From the NCBI RefSeq assembly GCF_009914755.1, contig NC_060930.1: 64,000 nucleotides of DNA; one strand, written 5' to 3'. Both the position numbers and the translations under genes were made by a program. Of this stretch, positions 1-13,255 are shown piece by piece. This stretch comes from the human T2T-CHM13v2.0 reference genome, Homo sapiens. The notes under the pieces are model-generated. The model was not told the DNA's origin. It saw nothing but the letters and a program-made list of their open reading frames with translations, and made no database searches. Within the stretch, counting starts at the first letter, position 1. Every line of letters starts with the position of its first letter.

Positions 1-1625
1 GATTCCATGGTTTTGCTATTGTGAATAGAGCTGTGATGAACATGTGAGTGCAGGTGACTTTTTGATGTCAAGGTTTATTTTTCTTTGGGTAGATACCCAG
101 TAATGGGATTGCTGAATCAAAGAGTAGTTATATTTTTAGATCTTCGAGAAATCTCCATACTGTTTTCCATAGAGGCTGTACTAATTCACATTCCCACCAA
201 CAGTTTATAAGCATTCCCTTTTCTCCATGCCAACATCTGTTGTCGTCTGACTTTTTAATAATAGCCATTCTGAATTGTGTAGGATGGTATCTCATTGTCA
301 TTTTAATTTGCATTTATTTGATGATTAGTCATGTGGAGCATTTTTTCATATGCTTGTTGACCATTTATATGTGTTTTTTTGAAAAATGTCTGCTCCTGTC
401 CTTTGCCCACTTTTTAATGGAGTTATTTGGTTTTTTTCTTGTTGGATTGTTTGAGTTCTTTGTAGATTCTGAATATTAGTCCATTGTTGGATGCATAGTT
501 TGTCAATATTTTCTTCCATTCTGCAGGTTGTCTATTTTTTTTTTCTGTGTAGAAGCTTTTCAGTTTAAGTTCCATTTGTCAATTTTTGTTTTTGTTGCAT
601 TTCTTTTTTAGGTCTTTGTCATAAATTCTTTCTTAGGCCAATGTCCAGAAGAGTTGTTCCTAGATTTTCTTCCAGCAATTTAATAGTTACAGGTCTTATA
701 TTTAAGTCATTAATCCATCTTGCGTTAATTTTTTATATGGTGAAAGATGGGGGTCCAGTTTCACGCTTCTGTATATGACAGTGCAGTTTTCCCAGCACCA
801 TTTATTGAAAAGGATGTCCTTTCCCCAGTGTATTTTTTTTGTCAACTTTGCCAAAGATCAGTTGGTTGTATGTATGTGGCTTTATTTCTGCATTCTCTAT
901 TCTGTCCCATTTATCTATGTGTCTATTTTTATACCAGTACCCATGCTGTTTTGGTTACTAAAGCCTGTTAGTATAATTTGAAATCAGGTAACGTGATGCT
1001 TCCAGCCTTATTCTTTTTGTTTAGGACTGCTTTGGCTAATTGAACTCTTTTTTGGTTCCCAAAATGTGAACATAAATATGAACTATCTGTACGCATCTGC
1101 AGGTCTAACTCAGAACTAAGGTACATAAAATCGAAAGCAAAACAATGTTTTAAGAATAAAAATAAAAGCTAGGATTGAACACCACAATAAATCAGAAGTA
1201 CTGCTTCGTGTACATACTTAACTATTTACAGATAAAAACAGGCATTACCACAACACTAAATATACTCATTTATATATAAAAAACACAAGTTTCATACATC
1301 ACAAAAAACCTTCCATTATAACACAGAAGTGATGTTACCAGACAAGCTTCAGTGAAGTATACTGCCTTTTCTAGTTGTTATTGTACAATGCTGTAGGTAT
1401 TAATTTAGAATTAATTAATTCTATTAATTTTAGAATTCTTTTTTTCTAATTCTGTGAAGAATAACTTTGGTCATTTGATGAGAGTTGTGTTGAATATGTA
1501 GATTGCCTTGTGCAGTATAGTTATTTTGATGATACTGATTCTCCCAATCCATGGGCATGGGCTATCTTTCCATTTTTGTTTCAACTATGATTTCTTTAAT
1601 CAGTGTTTTGTAGTTCTCCTTGTTT
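1..1625 (-). mobile_element. L1 (L1PB/L1MA-like) 3' ORF2 region, interrupted by a foreign insert at ~1061-1427
   Basis: ORF 128..313(-) translates to the L1 ORF2 C-terminus (MQIK..MRYH..MAIIKKS..RCW..CWWEC.LVQPLWKTVWRFL). L1 sequence stops at ...ttttggttcc and resumes colinearly at attttagaatt...aattctgtgaag. Confidence 0.93.
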
Positions 1626-2381
1626 TAGAATGCAAATTCTTAGCTGGTAAGGACTATATTAGAGGATCACTAATGTGATATAGCCAGAAGAATATTCAGA
1701 AGTGCGTTCAAAAAATCATTTAGTTGTGGTTGAATCTAGCTGCAACTTGGGTAAAACTTTTTTTTTTTTTTGCTACATTAGTAATATTTTCTTTGAATAG
1801 ATTACTATGGTATGGAATTTATGTCTCGAAGGATTGGGGTTTTTAATACATGTCGCCAAATAGCCCCCCCGCCCCTGCCAAAAAGGGTTACATGTTTGCC
1901 CTTCCATTAGCAGAGTAGGGTCGGAGACTGTTTATTCTCTTGTCACCATTTTCAACACTAGGTTATATGTTTTTTTTTAACTCCATGTCAATTAACTAGA
2001 TAGAGAGTGCCATCTTTCTACTCAGTTATAATTTGCTTTTGTGTGATTTGTTTAAAAAATAAAAACTTCTAAATGTTTCTTAACCATTTTTATTTCTCCT
2101 TTTACAAGCCGCCTATTAAATGTTCCTTGCCCATTATTCAATGGGTATGTTCTCATACCAACTACTTTGTAAAAACTCTTTAGGTGTTAAAAATTATAAG
2201 CAGATATATCTGGACATATTACTCAATATTTTACCAACTTGTCATTTTTCATTTAGTTTTCCATGTTGTTTAATTTTAAATTTTCATTTCATTAAATCTA
2301 TTAACCTTTTCTCTTTTTATCCTGCACTTATGCTTCAGAAGCTCTTTCCACTCTGAGATTAGAAAGTGCCATATTTTCTAA

Positions 2382-3300
2382 TTTTTTGAAACAGTTCTAT
2401 TGAGCTATAACTGACATACAATAAACTACACATGTTTAAAGAATGCAATTTGATAAGTTTTGATAAATATACATACTTGTGAAACAATCACATCAACATA
2501 ATAAACATGTCTATCACCTGCAAAAGTTTCCTGTGTTCCTTTCAATCCTTCATTTCCAATTCTCTCTGTTCCCTCCCACCCTCCCCTTCCTAGGCATCTG
2601 CTAATATACTTCCTGTCATCATAGATTACTTTGCAGTGTTTGAGAAATGTATACCGATAAACTCATACAGTATGTACCCTTAACTGGATTCCTCTGGTCA
2701 GCATAATTATTCTGAGATTTATCCATATTGTAATGTATATCAATAGTTTATTAATTGTTTATTTCTTAGTAGTTCATAGTATAAATATATCACAATCATT
2801 TTATTCATTCACTTGATGTACATTGGGGTTGTTCTAGTTTTGGGCTATTACAAATAAAGCTGCTATAAACATTCACGTGTTAAGTCTTTGTATGGATGTA
2901 TGCTTTCTCTTCTCTTGGGAAATACCTAGTAATTGAATGGCTGGATCATGTAGGTTAAGTTTCTTAAGAAACTATCAACCTATATTCCAAAGTATCATTT
3001 TACTTTCCGAACAGTAGCATATGAGAGTTTCGGTTCCTCCATACCCTTGCCATCACTTGGTGTGGTGAATCTTTCATGCAGCCATTGTAATAGATGAGTG
3101 GTGGTATCTACTGCTGCTTTAATTTACATTTCCTTAATAGTTAATGGTGTTGAGGATCTCTTCATGGGATTATTTTCCTGTTGTACGTCGTCTTTGATCC
3201 AATCTGTGTTTAAATATTTTGCCCATTTCTGTTTCTGTTGTTTTGAGGGTTCTATATATGTTCTGGTTACAAGTCCTTTATCAGATAGATACAGTGTATG
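2382..3300 (-). mobile_element. Old L1 3' end (L1MB/L1MC-like)
   Basis: Typical antisense L1M 3' motifs (ttgagctataactgacatacaataaactacac; aataaagctgctataaacattc; tggctggatcat). Confidence 0.8.
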
Positions 3301-3529
3301 CTTTGCATATGATAGTATGGAGTTTCAGTAATGACAGTATGGAGTTTCAGTAAAGAGTCATCAGGTAGCTAAGAGCTATAGAAAGAGGGAGTAGATAAAA
3401 AGTCACTTATTCAGAGAAACCTTCCATGACTACTCAACAGAATTTGGGTCCTTTCTGTTATTTGTAAAATTCATCACAATTTCTAATTATGTATATACTT
3501 GTCCATCTGCCCTCCAGAAACATGGTGTC

Positions 3530-3720
3530 AAAGTAGGACCCCCAAGATTAGTAGCACCAGCATGAACTGGGAACATAGAAACCCAAGTTCTTAGGCTGCC
3601 CAATCCCAGACCTGCTGAATTTGAAACTCATTAGTACAATAATGATACTACCTACCTTAGAGCACGTCTGTGGAGATTAAATGACATATGTAAAGCACTT
3701 TTGCACACTTTAGCTTAGTA
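3530..3720. mobile_element. MER5-type hAT fragment followed by MIR fragment
   Basis: cccagacctgctgaatttgaaactc (MER5A-like), then aataatgatactacctaccttag...attaaatga..atgtaaagcactt (MIR core). Confidence 0.6.
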
Positions 3721-3966
3721 TACAAGGAAAACACAACAATTTTGAGTTATAATTGGCATTATTACTTCTGGCCCTGGTTTGGTGGCATGAAGAAGCTGTA
3801 AAAATAAATATAATCATAAGTTAATTGTAAACTACAATGAGATTAGTTTGTTTCCCATAGAAAGATGGCTGCATGGCCAGCAAGAGGCTTGTCACAAAGC
3901 ATTAGCTTATAATTCAGTAAATTATAGGATCTGTTCCTTGGTTTTGGTTGGCTCAGAGTCTTGACT

Positions 3967-4400
3967 TGTCCTGTGGTTTGAATATTCCCTCCAAAATTCA
4001 TATTGAAATGTAATTGCCAGTATAACACTATTGGAAGGTAGGGCCTTTAATGAGTGATTAGGTCATGAGGGCTCTGCCATCATAAGTGGATGAAGCATCA
4101 TTGTGAAAATGGGTTAGTTATCACGGGAGAGGGCTCCTGATTAAAGAATGAGTTCAAACCAATTTCCTCTTTTTGTCTTGAGTGCATGTTTGCCCTTCTA
4201 CCATCAAATATAGCAGCACAAAAGTCCACACCAAATGCTAGCACCATGTTCTTGAACTTCCAGGCCTTCAGAACTGTGAGAAATGAATTTATCTTCTTTG
4301 TATATTACCCAGTCTCTGGTATTGTTATAGCAGCAGGAAACAAAGACAACTTGCCAGTGTGCCAAGAATGGATTGTTTTTTTTTGGATAGACTAATACTA
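3967..4400 (+). mobile_element. MaLR solo LTR (MST family)
   Basis: tgtggtttgaat..cctccaaaattcatattgaaat start; cagaactgtgagaaat...acccagtctctggtattgttatagcagca end. Confidence 0.85.
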
Positions 4401-4532
4401 ACTGGGCTAACGATAGATGATGCAAAAATGAGTCAATCTATGAGCTGTCATAAGGGCTATAAGTACCACACGAGTTGGACCACTGGTTGGTGCAGTCAGA
4501 ACTTCCTCTCTCTATAGATGGTCTCTGCACTG

Positions 4533-5084
4533 TGAAAGACTAAATATACAAATGGACAATGGCCAGGCTAGATATAAAAATTAAACTGTCACTCACAACC
4601 TGCAGCAAGCTTCCCAGGAACCAACCCCCTTACCTATAATGAACAGCCCAGATCAGCCTGCTACAAGTCAAACTTGCAGGAAATCAGATTGCTATCTCTA
4701 GTGACAATCCCAGAAACTAAGCCACAGCTCCTGTAACAATCGGCCCGAAATAGCCAGGATTTAATTTATAACTGACAGCTTCTCTAATCTTTGTCCCCTC
4801 TTTCAACTTAGGACCAACCAGAGAAAACCAAATTTGCATCTCTAACCAATCACATAGGATGCCCCACTTCTAGTTAGCCTTCTTACAGCCCCACTATGTG
4901 AACAGTCTCTAACTGGGGCATACCTAAACTCTTCATTTTTCCACTTTAAAGTTTTCCCACTCCTCTGCCTGCCTTTGTGTCCTTGCCAAAACACAAGTGA
5001 CAATGGCCAATTCCCTTGCTATAGCAACTTCAGAATAAATGGCCTCTGCTTTTCTCATTTGTTTGGGCTTTATTTATTCCCACA
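4533..5084 (+). mobile_element. ERV1 solo LTR (MER34-like)
   Basis: TG...CA termini with a 4-bp TSD actg on both sides; internal ccaatcacataggatg; AATAAA near the 3' end. Confidence 0.8.
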
Positions 5085-5324
5085 ACTGTATGGGGAAGCC
5101 AGGCTGAGCTACCTACAGGGAGGCCTGCCATGGATACCTAGTTTAATTTCTTCCAAGGTAATTGCCAAGGAATGCTGATACAGTCTCCACTTTGTGTTAC
5201 TGCATTATTTTAACTGTGAGAGTCTGGGGGACTCTCTGCTATTGACTCATTGCATTATCATCTATTCCATGACGTTGATGATGATGACTAAGAGAATTGC
5301 AACAATAATGAGGACAACAGACAA

Positions 5325-5680
5325 GGCTAATAACAGCTAACATTTACAAAACACTTGCTGTGTGCTAAGTTCTTTGAGAAGCACTTTAGTCACATAAATT
5401 AACTCACTGAAGACCCCCAGATTTCTCAAAGTACATCAGCCTCAGCTGGGGACTTGTTAGATATGCAAATTCTCTGACCACTTCCCCACTGACCAAATCA
5501 AGACCTCTGGGGCTGGGGCACAGCTATCTGTTTTAAGTGGTCCTTTAGGTGATTCTGATTCAGCTTAAGTTTGAGAACAACTGGAATACTCCATGAATTC
5601 TAATTCCTATATAATTTAAGTTTAGAACATTGAAGCATACCTAGGGCAGTTAAGTAACTTAACCGAAGATATGGAGTATC
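5325..5680. mobile_element. MIR interrupted by MER5A (~5418-5585)
   Basis: MER5A ends tttctcaaagt...agtttgagaacaactg; MIR motifs aacagctaacattt and gttaagtaactt flank it. Confidence 0.7.
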
Positions 5681-6829
5681 CTGTTTTATTTTTAATCTAA
5701 TTAGTCTATGTGGATACTATTCACTTTAGGAGATTTTAACTAAATATGGTAGAACAAAAACAGATTATAAGAAAATATTCTGATATTAAAAATGTTTTAC
5801 CCAGATCCCTGAAAATGGGGGCATATAAGCCAGCCTTAGAGATTTGTGAGTTCCTTCAAAACCACCAAGATTAACTATTTTTCCCTGCAGCCATGTTTTC
5901 CTCAAGGATATGTAACAGTGAATTACTGAAGAACACAAATTGAAATCAGCTTCAACCAAATGAGATCATTTATGTGAAAACAGTTTTTCTTAAGGAGTTA
6001 TACAAATTCAAGTTACTGTCATTATTGTTAGGACCAATAGCAGCATCTGTAAAATTATCCTCCTGGTATTCTCACTGCTCTGTGATTTAGGTTGTGTCTG
6101 CTCAACCAAAATTTTGGTCAGTGCAGTGGGAAAAAGAAATACGTCAAACCAGTTATTTGGTACTGTCTAGCCCAAAACAATGGGTGGATCATTTTTCATC
6201 CAGTTATTTTGGCAAAACCAATATGGGCACTTTTGCTTTGTTTTGACTAAGTAAATACTCTCTATGCCTTTTTTCACATTTAAATGTCCACAAATCTTCC
6301 CCTGCCACCCTTAATTGTTTCATGGAACTGCTCTTAGCTCAGACCTTAGCTCACTCTTCCAAGATATTTGTCTCATATCTATTTCTTTTTCAAATGTGCT
6401 CTACGAACTCACTTTTCCTGGATGCTCTTCTTGATCCACCAAAATAACAACTATGAGTGGACATGACAATGTTGGACACCCCTATTTTTAAACATTTTCT
6501 GGACAATGAACCTTTTTAATTTAGAATGGGTATCTGAAGGGCTCCACCACATAATAATGAAAATTGCTGTATCAACAGCAACTTCTACCATTTACTGAAG
6601 GCCTGCAATGTTCTAAGATCTTCCAGCTATAGTCCTACTCTGCAAGGCTGGAGAATGAAAGGATATATTCCTCTGAGAATAAATTATTTCTTCAAGGGGG
6701 TCTGCCTATAAATAGCCATTAGGCCTATATGAAAGTGTCACACCACACTAAAAACTATCATGATCAAAATGCTTTAGACCTTTGCGGTTCTTAATTCTTA
6801 TTCTCAACCACCAATCCAGGTTTCTGGTT

Positions 6830-6990
6830 TAGGGCTTCAGCTCTGGAGTCAGACATCCCTCTCCCTGGCCATATTGAGGCCCATCTTGGGCCTCCCTCAG
6901 TGCCTCAGTCTTAACATCTGTGAAGTGGAGATAACATCTAGCTCACAGAATTCTAGTGAAGATAAAATGGGATAATGCATGTGTAACTGT
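6830..6990 (+). mobile_element. MIR
   Basis: gctctggagtcagac...gtgcctcagt..catctgtgaagtggagataa. Confidence 0.7.
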
Positions 6991-7189
6991 GTCTAAACTC
7001 AGTGGAATACAAACATGAAAAGCTTTCCTTTCTCTTCATAGGCTGTCTTCCTTGTGTGCTATATCAAACTTTTCTTTTACCGTATTTTGGAGCGATTCCA
7101 TTGATTTGGGATTATTTGCAGATATTCAAATTTAAAAGCCTTACCTAGACCAGATCGATTTTAAAAACATAGTTTCACATTCACTGTAA

Positions 7190-7545
<356 letters not shown>

Positions 7546-10500
7546 GGGGTTTTTTCTTTTATGCCACCCCACTTTATTTCTCTTCCAGCGCTTTGGAGAA
7601 GAGGCACTTTTCTCTAACCCAGCTAGTAGTGCTCCATACCTATTGGCTGTCATACTCTCTAGAAGGCAGCATACTTCCCAGAGCACTGGAGCTTCCTGAT
7701 TGCACAGTTCTCTGACAATGGAGATAGGCTCCACCCTGACCCTTTCTGAGCCCTGCCCCCTCTCACCCTGGCCATCTACCCCTCAGCATCTTGCTTTTGG
7801 GGTGGGGTCCCTGCAAGGTGGCCTAAGCCCAGGTACTTTCAACAGTGTCCAATGGACCAAGTGAAAACTCATTCACCTTTGCCAGCCAAACCATCTCCCT
7901 CTCTATCTCTTCTCCCTTTGATCAAAGATTCAGGCGGAAGACCAGCCAGCCTGCTACATAAGCAGTTGTATAACAGGCCAGGGCTCCATCTTAGGGGCTT
8001 CTCTAATAACTTTAAGAGATTCTCTTGGAGCCTCTGCTTGTCTGTGGGAGAAGACACATTCACAGGAAGGGAGAAAGTAATGGCTCACTATAAATACTGG
8101 ATTCTCAACTCCTCTCTTGAATGAGTCCCTGGATCTTCTTGTCTCCTGCTTATATAGACTTCTGGGGAGAAAGGTGGTCCCATGATGGTTGGGGTGGCAG
8201 AAGCAGCTCACATGCTTCTTTATGATCCCTAAAAAGACTGCTTAGCAGATCTCTTTTCGTAACTATCTTTATAAAAGGGAGTATTTCTTGTCTCTAGTAG
8301 CCATTTCCCAAGCCAATAGGAACTACTCTATAGCATGTACGAAGCATAGCATATTACATATTAGCCATCATCATCATCCTCTCAGATGGAAACTGGACTT
8401 AGAGAAGCTGCATCACTTCCCCCCAGGAACCACAGTTATCAAGTGGCAGAGGTGTGAATGGAACCCAGGCCTGGCTCCAAAGCCGCCTTCCTTCATCAGG
8501 TTGCTTTACCTGCAGGTTATGGGAGCCTGTTTGGTGGTCAGAGGGACTTGTTTTTAGTTCACAGGCTGGTTTCCTAAAATTAGTAAAGGTTTATTAGATG
8601 GCAACGTCTATGTTTTATTATCCAACATAAATTTTATTACTGCGTTTAATAAAAACCTCCTACAGTGTCTGAAAAGTAGTACTACCCTTATTATTTTGCT
8701 AGTGGTCTTTCAGAATTATTTTGTAGTTGTGGTTCTTGTTGGTATAATGAGGATTCACATGGTTTTCCACCCCTGAAATAGTCTTAAAAACAAAAGAGTT
8801 TTGAATTACTGATCTAGAATATGAATTTATGTTGTTGATAGTCAATATTACCAAATCTTTGGTTTTCTCTGTTAGTGAAGGAAAAACTCCAGGTAGCACA
8901 CACTTCATTAAAGCGACTCAGTTCACTTTTGAAAGCCACATTCTTTTGAACTTTATAGTAGATTTCCAGACATTTATATTCACCAGTGTTTAGTTAAAGT
9001 GAGAACTAAAGCTTGTGCAGACACCATGAGTGGAATCTAAACCAGCTTTGGCTACTTCCAGAATCATAAGAAAAATATTTCCCTTTAACTCAACTGAAAG
9101 TATACCTTCCACATCTGGTTTTGTCATCATTCTTTAATGTTTTCTGTATAATGGATAAGTTTATAGGGAGAATACCAGAAAAAATATATAAATGCAAGCA
9201 GCTAGTCACAAATGAAAAACCTCCAAAAGATAATATGATGCAGTCAATATCACACTTTTGGAAAAAATGGGATTACTTATGCCAGTAGTTTGGACATCTA
9301 AGTCAGGATTGGAGAGGCTCAATATCCTAGCACTGGATAATACCCCAGAGAGGAAAAAAACGCCATCTCAGAACCGTACATGCCAAACACATCTTAATTA
9401 AAAATATTTTTCTTTAGAGATACATTGTTTTTCCTCTCTTATTTGATCTAGATTTATTTTTCCTGAGCCCCATCTCACCCCTCCCGCTTCAGTGGCCTGT
9501 TCATCAGTCACCTGGGAGCAATTCTGGGTTTCCTCCATTCCATTCTCAGCACAAGGCTGTGGTCTTTCTCCTTGAGGACTACAGAGATCATGGGGCTGAA
9601 ATGAGCTATCAATCCATGAAAAGACATGGAGGAAACTTGAAGGAGAGGTTGCGGTGGGGCAGGGACTTGGGGCAAGGCACACAGGGAGGAGGAGACAAAA
9701 CAGATAACAGAGGTTGGAGAGGGAGACTTTGTGCCCTGCCACAAAGTCATACAGCTGGGGAAGGACAGCAGCTTTTCAAGGCCAAGTTTAATGCTTTCAC
9801 CACTTCTCCTGGTTGATGGGGAGAGGAGGACCAGCTAGGTCTAAGGACTAGTGGAATATTTCATATATAATTATTTGAAGACACTTATTTGATCAGTTTC
9901 CCACTAGACCTTTAAATTCAGATTCTCTGTTGGCTGTGTTTATTTTCAAGTAGCAATTTGGCTTTCCCTAGTGTTAATACCTTATTGAACACCTTCCTAA
10001 CAATGAACGACGTTTTCCAACATTTTTCTCACACTGGAGTCATTTGAAAATCATGATAAATTAGTTAATATCCACAAGTGATTTTAGATTGGGTTGGATT
10101 CCAGTCTAAAATTACCTGCATATTTTTCCATGAGGAGTTGTTAGCTCCTGGAGCAAGTAATCTACGTTCTCTGGCAGCCCAAGGTGTCAGCAAGTGGAAA
10201 GAAATCAGACCCCTTTGTTGATTGAACACACAAAATCAGCATTCATGTCTCCTTATGCCTACAGTACTAGGGGCTCTAGGCACTTTCATGGGTGTGTGAA
10301 ACATACTTCCAGGACATGATAGAGTCATAACGTTTGTGGTCTGTGCAATGGTCACCACTTCAAAACTCATCTCCAAGGAGCTACATTGCTCTATTTACAG
10401 ACAGGAAGCTGGATCCCAATATTAGACTTCCATGCTCCAGAAGAGAAGAGAGAATACATTTGGAAATAAGAAATTTAAAACTGAATGAAAGAAAAGAATT

Positions 10501-10629
10501 ATCGGTATATAAGGAAAATTATGATAATACATTTGTGGGAAACAGAAAATCCAAGAAATTTTTCTCAGCACATTTGAAAATTTTGATAAGGTATGATGGA
10601 ATTTATTTTCAGATAATGTCAATAAACTC

Positions 10630-11210
10630 CATTATTCAAGGATGGAATAATAATTACATTTGTTGTGGTAAATCCATACAATGGAATATTATGCATTGAT
10701 AAAAAGAAATGAACTGCCAAGCCATGAAAAGACATGGAGGAAACATAAATGAAAGTAAAGAAGCCAGTCAGAAGACCAGAAGACCACACACTCTATGATT
10801 CCCACTATATGATATTGTGGAAAAGGCACAACTATGGAGACAGTAAAAAGATCAGTGGTGTCAGGGATTAGGAGAAAGGAAGGGATGAATAGGTGGGGCA
10901 CAGAGGATTTAATGGCAGTGAAACTACCTTGTATGCTATTACAATGATGGATATGTGTCATTATACATTTGTCTAAACCCATAGAATGTGCAACACCAAG
11001 AGTGAACCCCACGGACTTTGGAGGATAATGATGTGTCAGTGTAGGTTCATGGCTTGTAACAAGTGGACGACTCTGGTGCAGGCAGTTGATAGTGAGGGAG
11101 CCTGTGCATACATGGTGGCAGGGCATATATGAGAGGCCTCTGGCACATTCCTTTCAATTTTGCTATGAATGTTAAACTGCTCTCAAAGGTAAAGTCTATG
11201 TTTTTAAATC
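10630..11210 (+). mobile_element. L1MC-type 3' UTR
   Basis: ccatacaatggaatat..gccatgaaaagacatggagg..cccatagaatgtgcaacaccaagagtgaaccc..aaagtctat. Confidence 0.88.
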
Positions 11211-12954
11211 TAAAAATCACAAAAAATAATGATAAAAATATTTTTGAAATTTAAAAAAATTACACTTGTAAAAAATGATACTGAAATGTCATTAATAGTC
11301 ACTAGATTTAAAAATGATCATTTTCCCTCCCCTGTTCCAAATAGCATGTGACTGGGCTCCAGTGTTTGTATTTCATGCTAAACAAAGTTTGTATTTGGTG
11401 CTGGTTTGGAAGTTCTGCTTATACATTGTAATTTGTGGTTCTAGCTTTTGCAAATAAAAACTTCAGAAAAGGAATAACGTGGTTTCTGCTGTACCTCGGG
11501 GAAAGGGCGGGTAAGTCAGAAGCAGCCAAACTTCTGGAAAACAGAAGTTTGATTCTGGACATGTATATACATGGTTTCTATTACAAAAACTCCTCTAAAC
11601 ATTCTGGATTATTATGACTGCACCATTGGGTTCCAAACAGACCATGTAAGTGATTGTTGTTTTAATGCGGTTCATCCTAACTCCCATATTATTTGTTCTT
11701 GCAAAAATCCCACTGACCTGAGGATGAAACTTAGCCATTAATGCTCTTCAGGAGTGGGCAAAGGGATTGCAGAGGAGGACAACTGAATTGTGTGCTGGCC
11801 TCACTGATGCTACACTAAGAAGACAAAATCAATGCCTTGCTTTATGCTTTATATAACATGTTCACATATATCAGAATTCTACCATCGACTATATATGTCA
11901 TTTCTGCTTTCATTTTTCAGATGAGAAACACTCACATGTGATTTGCACAAAATGGCTTGGCTAGTAAACACTGGGGCTGGAAAAAGAAATTCAAAATTAA
12001 TCTTGTTATCTCCTTTTAATGGAAAAGGAAATGAAGGCATGGATGCTTTGTAAAGCCCAACTCTGCAAATTAAAGAGACTGAGAGAACCACGATCTGAAT
12101 CTTCTTTCTTCCATGCTCATACTTTTGCCAACGCACCACCCTGAAAGGTCTGTGCACTTGTGGGGCAGGAATCCAGCAGAATATGTTCAGCTAGAACTTT
12201 CCTGGGATTCCAGTCACTTTCTCAGTAGGTAAGAGACTCTCCTGTTACTTGGTACTGTGGGACCACTGCAGACAACTCATAGCTGATCAATTCAAATAAA
12301 ATTTCAAGCTACAAATCATCTTTATGTGAGCAGAATCCTTGCCTTTATCAAGTAGAACCTCAGATTATTTCTCAAGACAGTCCCAGGAAAATGATGTTTG
12401 CATTCCTGGGGACCCATCTGTAAAATACCCCAAGGTTTAGAGGAAAGATTTCCTTTAAAAGTAATCACCATAGGGACCACCCAGAGAGACATGTGGGCCT
12501 TTTAGCAAGCAACTAAATGTCTGTATCTGGTCTTTGAAAAGATCCACAAAAAAGCTTACAATTCTTTGAGTTACATTTTACCTTCTGCTTTAAGGAGTAG
12601 CAGTTTACCTGAGCAAGGTAAGGCTTTTCAGTCTAGTTTCATTGCCTGAGAAGCCTTCCTAGTCTGTCCTTGTAAAAACTTCCAGAACCTGCAATAATAA
12701 TTATTGCCAAGCTTTTAAAAAATTGCATGCTTCTCACATACGGAAGCAATAACTGTCAACTTCCATCATAATTTAAATGCTGAAACTTTATTTCGACCAC
12801 ATGTGGCTCTTTCTTGCTGGGTGAATGACTATCTGTTTTTGTTTGTGGCTCTTTACTCATTTGCTGGGATAGAGCTAGAAGTTACTTCAGCTTGTCTCAG
12901 ATGCCTCTTTCTGATTTAGAAGCAAAGTCAACTTCACAATAATAATTGATTGTA

Positions 12955-13255
12955 GGCCAGGCACAGTGGCTTATGTCTGTAATCCCAGTACTTTGGGAAG
13001 CCCAGGCAGGAGGATCACTTGAGGCCAGGAGTTGGAGACCAAACTGAGCAACATAGCAAGATCCTGTTTGTACAAAAAAAATTTAAAAATTAGCCAGGCG
13101 TGGTGGCATGCACCTGTAGTCCCAGCTACTCGATGGTGGGGGAGCTGAGGTGGGAGGATTGAGCCCAGGAGGTCAAGGCTGTAGTGAGCCATAACTGTAC
13201 GACTGCACTCCAGCCTGGGTGACAAAGAAAGACACTGTCTCACACACACAAAAAT
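12955..13255 (+). mobile_element. AluJ
   Basis: Alu dimer with J-type diagnostics (gaggatcacttgaggccaggag, gagcccaggaggtcaaggctg). Confidence 0.95.

Noticed and set aside
10081-10112. Imperfect hairpin attttagattgg...ccagtctaaaat as a miRNA or MITE
   Set aside because: Only 12-bp AT-rich arms; too short to support.
11445-11515. Plus-strand exon-like segment ending gg|gtaagt (similar donors near 11645, 17780, 18538)
   Set aside because: Weak or absent acceptors and no coherent frame; within chance expectation.
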